Virus record (IMG/VR): IMGVR_UViG_2617270946_000003
DNA length: 10,164 nucleotides
Reading direction: 5' to 3' (one strand)
Source of the DNA: a virus
Taxonomy: Duplodnaviria; Heunggongvirae; Uroviricota; Caudoviricetes
Numbering within the stretch: the first letter of the stretch is position 1; the number at the start of each line of letters is the position of its first letter. The notes under the pieces were generated by a model. That model was given only the letters and a program-made list of their open reading frames with translations. It did not search any database and was not told the origin of the DNA. Shown piece after piece: positions 6,583 to 10,164 of this stretch. Both the position numbers and the translations under genes were made by a program.

Positions 6583-7735
6583 TCTTCTCCTCCTCTGTTG
6601 ATTGTCGCAGTCCGGATTCAAATGCCGCAGCCGCCCAGGCGGGCGGTTTAAGACCGGCTGCACGGCGCTCCATCGTTTCACGGACCTGCTGGGCAAAAAT
6701 TTCCTGATAGTCGTCACCGCGTTTTGCGCACTCTTTCTCGTAGGTACTCAGTCCGGCTTCTATCAGCATCACCGCTTCCTGTACTTCTTTCAGACCATCG
6801 ATGGCCATACGACCGGAGCCTATCCAGTCACAGTTCCCCCAGGCGCTGCGGGCTTCCTGAAAGCTGAAACGCGCTTTTGAAGGTAACGTCACCACGCGGC
6901 GAACGATGGCCTCTTCCAGCCAGCACAGAAACATCTGGCTCGCCTGACGGGATGCGACGAATTTTCGCCGCCCCATAAAGTACGCCCACGACTCGTTCGC
7001 ACTGGCCCGTGCCGTGGAATAGCTCATCTGGGCGTAATTCCGGGAAAGCTGCTCATACGAGACACCCAGCCCGGCAGCGATATACCGCAACAGTGACTGC
7101 TCAAACACGGAGTAGCCGTTATCCGTATCCTGAGCCGTCTGCAGGTTCAGTGAGTCACCCGGCATCAGGTGCGGCACTTTTGCGCCTCCCAGCCGAACCG
7201 GTGCTGCGGCGTAATACGCGGCAATTTCACCAATCCAGCCGGTCAGCTTGTCCCGCTGCTCCTGACTGTTCGCGCCCAGAATAAAATCCATCGCTGACTG
7301 CGTATCCAGCTCACTCTCAATGGTGGCGGCATACATCGCCTTCACAATGGCGCTCTGCAGCTGCGTGTTCTGCAGCGTGTCGAGCATCTTCATCTGCTCC
7401 ATCACGCTGTAAAACACATTTGCACCGCGGGTCTGCCCGTCCTCCACGGGTTCAAAAACGTGAATGAACGAGGCGCGCCCGCCGGGTAACTCACGGGGTA
7501 TCCATGTCCATTTCTGCGGCATCCAGCCAGGATAGCCGTCCTCGCTGACGTAATATCCCAGCGCCGCACCGCTGTCATTAATCTGCACACCGGCACGGCA
7601 GTTCCGGCTGTCGCCGGTATTGTTCGGGTTGCTGATGCGCTTCGGGCTGACCATCCGGAACTGTGTCCGGAAAAGCCACGACGGACTGGTATCCCAGGTG
7701 GCCTGAACGAACAGTTCACCGTTAAAGGCGTGCAT
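6563..7735 (-). pseudogene. B: Portal protein B lacking roughly its N-terminal 143 codons
   Basis: C-terminal ~390 aa (MHAFNGELFVQATWDTS...EEEKSDSRAA) match lambda gpB (533 aa). The A-stop to C-start distance is 1193 nt here versus 1781 nt in lambda, so 588 bp are missing. The first in-frame ATG is 7735; the track start at 7759 is TTG. Confidence 0.85.
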
Positions 7736-7778
7736 GCAGTGCCGCACGGGCAGCGGCAAGTTCTTCCTGTCGCGTCAT
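7722..7778 (-). pseudogene. W: Remnant of head-tail joining gene W: 15 conserved codons, then 3 novel codons and a stop
   Basis: ATG at 7778 overlaps the A stop (ATGA). Translation [18 protein letters not shown]-stop versus lambda W [21 protein letters not shown]... (68 aa). Confidence 0.7.
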
Positions 7779-9700
7779 TCATCCTCTCCGGATAAGGCAC
7801 GGGCGTAATCTGCCAGTGTTTTCTTGTTGGTTGCTGCACCATCCTCTTCCTTCAGGCTCGCCAGCAGTGCACTGAGATCCAGCTGCCAGCGGGAAATACT
7901 GATGCGCAGCGCCGCCAGCGCATAAACGAAGCAGTCGAGCGCCTCATTGCGTCGTTTTTTGCTGTCCCACAGTATTTTTTTCCTGCCATCCACCCATTTT
8001 TCGACCTGCTCTTCAGCCGTCAGCTGCTGCGCTTCGGTCAGATCAAAAATATCCGGGTTATTCGGGAAGTGAACGGCACCGGGAAGCGGTTCATCCCCTT
8101 CCGGCGTCAGTGTGAAGCGGTTATAAATCTGCTCTTTCGCGGTATCCGTACCGATTTCGGTAAGGTAAACCCCGTTTTTGTTTCGCTTACGTGGCATGCT
8201 GGCCACCGGCTTTCCGTAGACGGATGCCCCTTTAATGGGGATCACCCGGAACAGCCCATGTTTTTTCGAGCGTTCATACACGATGGTCGGGTCAATCCCG
8301 CCAGTATCCCAGCAGATACGGGATACCGACATTTCTGCACCATTCCGGCGGGTATAGGTTTTATTGATGGCCTCATCCACACGCAGCAGCGTCTGTTCAT
8401 CGTCGTGGCGGCCCATAATAATCTGCCGATCAATCAGCCAGCTTTCCTCACCCGGCCCCCATCCCCATACGCGCATTTCGTAGCGATCCAGCTGGGAGTC
8501 GATACCGGCGGTCAGGTAAGCCACACGGTCAGGAACGGGCGCTGAATAATGCTCTTTCCGCTCTGCCATCACTTCAGCATCCGGACGTTCGCCAATTTTC
8601 GCCTCCCACGTCTCACCGAGCGTGGTGTTTACGAAGGTTTTACGTTTTCCCGTATCCCCTTTCGTTTTCATCCAGTCTTTGACAATCTGCACCCAGGTGG
8701 TGAACGGGCTGTACGCTGTCCAGATGTGAAAGGTCACACTGTCAGGTGGCTCAATCTCTTCACCGGATGACGAAAACCAGAGAATGCCATCACGGGTCCA
8801 GATCCCGGTCTTTTCGCAGATATAACGGGCATCAGTAAAGTCCAGCTCCTGCTGGCAGATGACGCAGGCATTATGCTCGCAGAGATAAAACACGCTGGAG
8901 GGGTCATCCGGCGTCCATTTGAGGCCAAACGGCGTCTCTTTGTCGCCAAATTTAAGATACTGCTCCTCCCCGCAGTGCGGGCAGGCAACATGAAAACGCA
9001 TAAAATGCGGGGATTCACTGGCTGCACGCTCAATCTGGCAGGTGCCTCTCACTTTGGGCGTGGAGCCACGGATGGACTTTGGCCAGACCGAGCCTTCAAT
9101 ACGCTTATCGCCCAGGAACGTCGGAGAGCCTTCCTGTTCAATATCCTCATCAAAGGCAGCAAGTTCATCATAACCCGCCACATCCACTGACTTTTCACGG
9201 TAGTTTTTTGCCGCTTTACCGCCCAGGCACCAGAAGCCACGACCATTGGAAAAACGCTTCATGGTGAGCGTGTTATCCCGGTGCTTTTTGCCATACCACG
9301 GGGCCAGCGCCAGCAGCGACGGAATATCACGAATAGTCGGTTCAACGTGGGTTTTCATAAAGTTCTCGGCATCACCATCCGTCGGCAACCAGATAAGGGT
9401 GTTGCGCTGCTTATGCTCTATGAAGTAGGCATAAACACCCAGCAGCATTTTGGAATAACCAACACGGGCAGACTTCACCACATTCACCTCACGGATGTAG
9501 TCGCTGCCCATCGCATTCATGATGGCCCGCTGAAAGGGCAGTGTTTCCCAGCGCCCTTCCTGGTATGCGGATTCTTTCGGGAGATAGTAATTGGCATCCG
9601 CCCATTCAACGGCGGTCTGTGGCTCCGGCCTGAACAGTGAGCGAAGCCCGGCGCGGACAAAATGCCGCAGCCTGTTAACCTGACTGTTCGATATATTCAC
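7775..9700 (-). CDS. A: Terminase large subunit A
   Basis: 641 aa (MNISNSQVNRLRHFVRAGLRSLFRPEPQTAVEWADANYYLP...LADYARALSGEDE), near-identical to lambda gpA and the same length. The start codon at 9700 is GTG in this sequence. Overlaps Nu1 by 26 nt, as in lambda. Confidence 0.97.
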   Translation of the reverse strand: MNISNSQVNRLRHFVRAGLRSLFRPEPQTAVEWADANYYLPKESAYQEGRWETLPFQRAIMNAMGSDYIREVNVVKSARVGYSKMLLGVYAYFIEHKQRNTLIWLPTDGDAENFMKTHVEPTIRDIPSLLALAPWYGKKHRDNTLTMKRFSNGRGFWCLGGKAAKNYREKSVDVAGYDELAAFDEDIEQEGSPTFLGDKRIEGSVWPKSIRGSTPKVRGTCQIERAASESPHFMRFHVACPHCGEEQYLKFGDKETPFGLKWTPDDPSSVFYLCEHNACVICQQELDFTDARYICEKTGIWTRDGILWFSSSGEEIEPPDSVTFHIWTAYSPFTTWVQIVKDWMKTKGDTGKRKTFVNTTLGETWEAKIGERPDAEVMAERKEHYSAPVPDRVAYLTAGIDSQLDRYEMRVWGWGPGEESWLIDRQIIMGRHDDEQTLLRVDEAINKTYTRRNGAEMSVSRICWDTGGIDPTIVYERSKKHGLFRVIPIKGASVYGKPVASMPRKRNKNGVYLTEIGTDTAKEQIYNRFTLTPEGDEPLPGAVHFPNNPDIFDLTEAQQLTAEEQVEKWVDGRKKILWDSKKRRNEALDCFVYALAALRISISRWQLDLSALLASLKEEDGAATNKKTLADYARALSGEDE

Positions 9701-10164
9701 TCAGCAACCCCGGTATCAGTTCATCCAGCGCGGCTGCTTTGTTCATGGCTTTGATGATATCCCGTTTCAGGAAATCAACATGTCGGTTTTCCAGTTCCGG
9801 AAAACGCCGCTGCACCGACAGGGGGATCCCGTCGAGAATACTGGCAATTTCACCTGCGATCCGCGACAACACGAAAGTACAGAATGCGGTTTCCACCACT
9901 TCAGCGGAGTCTCTGGCATTCTTCAGTTCCTGTGCGTCGGCCTGCGCACGCGTAAGTCGATGGCGTTCGTACTCAATAGTCCCTGGCTGGAGATCTGTCT
10001 CGCTGGCCTGCCGCAGTTCTTCAACTTCCCGGCGCAGCTTTTCGTTCTCAATTTCAGCATCCCTTTCGGCATACCATTTTATGACGGCGGCAGAGTCATA
10101 AAGCACCTCATTACCCTTGCCACCGCCTCGCAGAACGGGCATTCCCTGTTCCTGCCAGTTCTGA
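9675..10164 (-). CDS. Nu1: Terminase small subunit Nu1 (5' end outside the window; ~26 N-terminal codons missing from view)
   Basis: ...QNWQEQGMPVLRGGGKGNEVLYDSAAVIKWYAERDAEIENEKLRREVEELRQASE...SEYIEQSG matches lambda Nu1 residues ~19-181. The frame stays open to the window edge. Confidence 0.93.
   Translation of the reverse strand, partial: QNWQEQGMPVLRGGGKGNEVLYDSAAVIKWYAERDAEIENEKLRREVEELRQASETDLQPGTIEYERHRLTRAQADAQELKNARDSAEVVETAFCTFVLSRIAGEIASILDGIPLSVQRRFPELENRHVDFLKRDIIKAMNKAAALDELIPGLLSEYIEQSG

Noticed and set aside
7402-7842. 146-aa minus-strand ORF spanning the A/W/B junction
   Set aside because: It is out of frame with both W and B, overlaps the end of A, and has Cys/Arg/Pro-rich low-complexity composition. 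The real W start is the ATG at 7778 in a different frame.
8069-8545. 158-aa plus-strand ORF antisense to terminase A, plus other small ORFs across 7775..9700
   Set aside because: They are embedded in the conserved terminase gene on the opposite strand with no independent support.
1-10164. Possibility that this is wild-type lambda or a lambda cloning vector
   Set aside because: There are scattered amino-acid substitutions throughout, I and J are only ~80% lambda-like, the fibre is non-lambda, and the three deletions do not correspond to standard vector deletions. A natural lambdoid prophage is more likely, though only a database search can confirm this.
9675-10164. cos site / terminase binding sites
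   Set aside because: In lambda, cos lies ~190 bp upstream of the Nu1 start, which places it beyond the right edge of this window. Nothing in the window can be called cos.

Overview
The window is the late morphogenetic (head/tail) operon of a lambda-like prophage, with every credible gene on the minus strand, and it looks like a decaying prophage rather than an intact one. Reading from 10164 down to 1: terminase small subunit Nu1 (5' end beyond the window), terminase large subunit A, a W remnant, an N-terminally truncated portal B, protease C with nested scaffold Nu3, decoration protein D, major capsid E, FI, then a 3'-altered FII fused directly to a 5'-truncated tail assembly gene I (Z through K absent), an AT-rich 343-bp spacer, the first ~236 codons of J, and a complete side tail fibre gene with collagen-like repeats. 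Three deletion junctions relative to lambda are visible (W/B, FII/I, J/stf). The most interesting items are the enlarged I-J spacer, which carries a plus-strand sigma70-like promoter and a terminator (candidate ~100-nt antisense small RNA or non-coding moron), and eight near-identical in-frame 45-bp tandem repeats inside the fibre gene. No multi-gene system of unknown function is visible. Protein identifications rest on recognising lambda sequences from memory and on lambda gene coordinates, not on any search.
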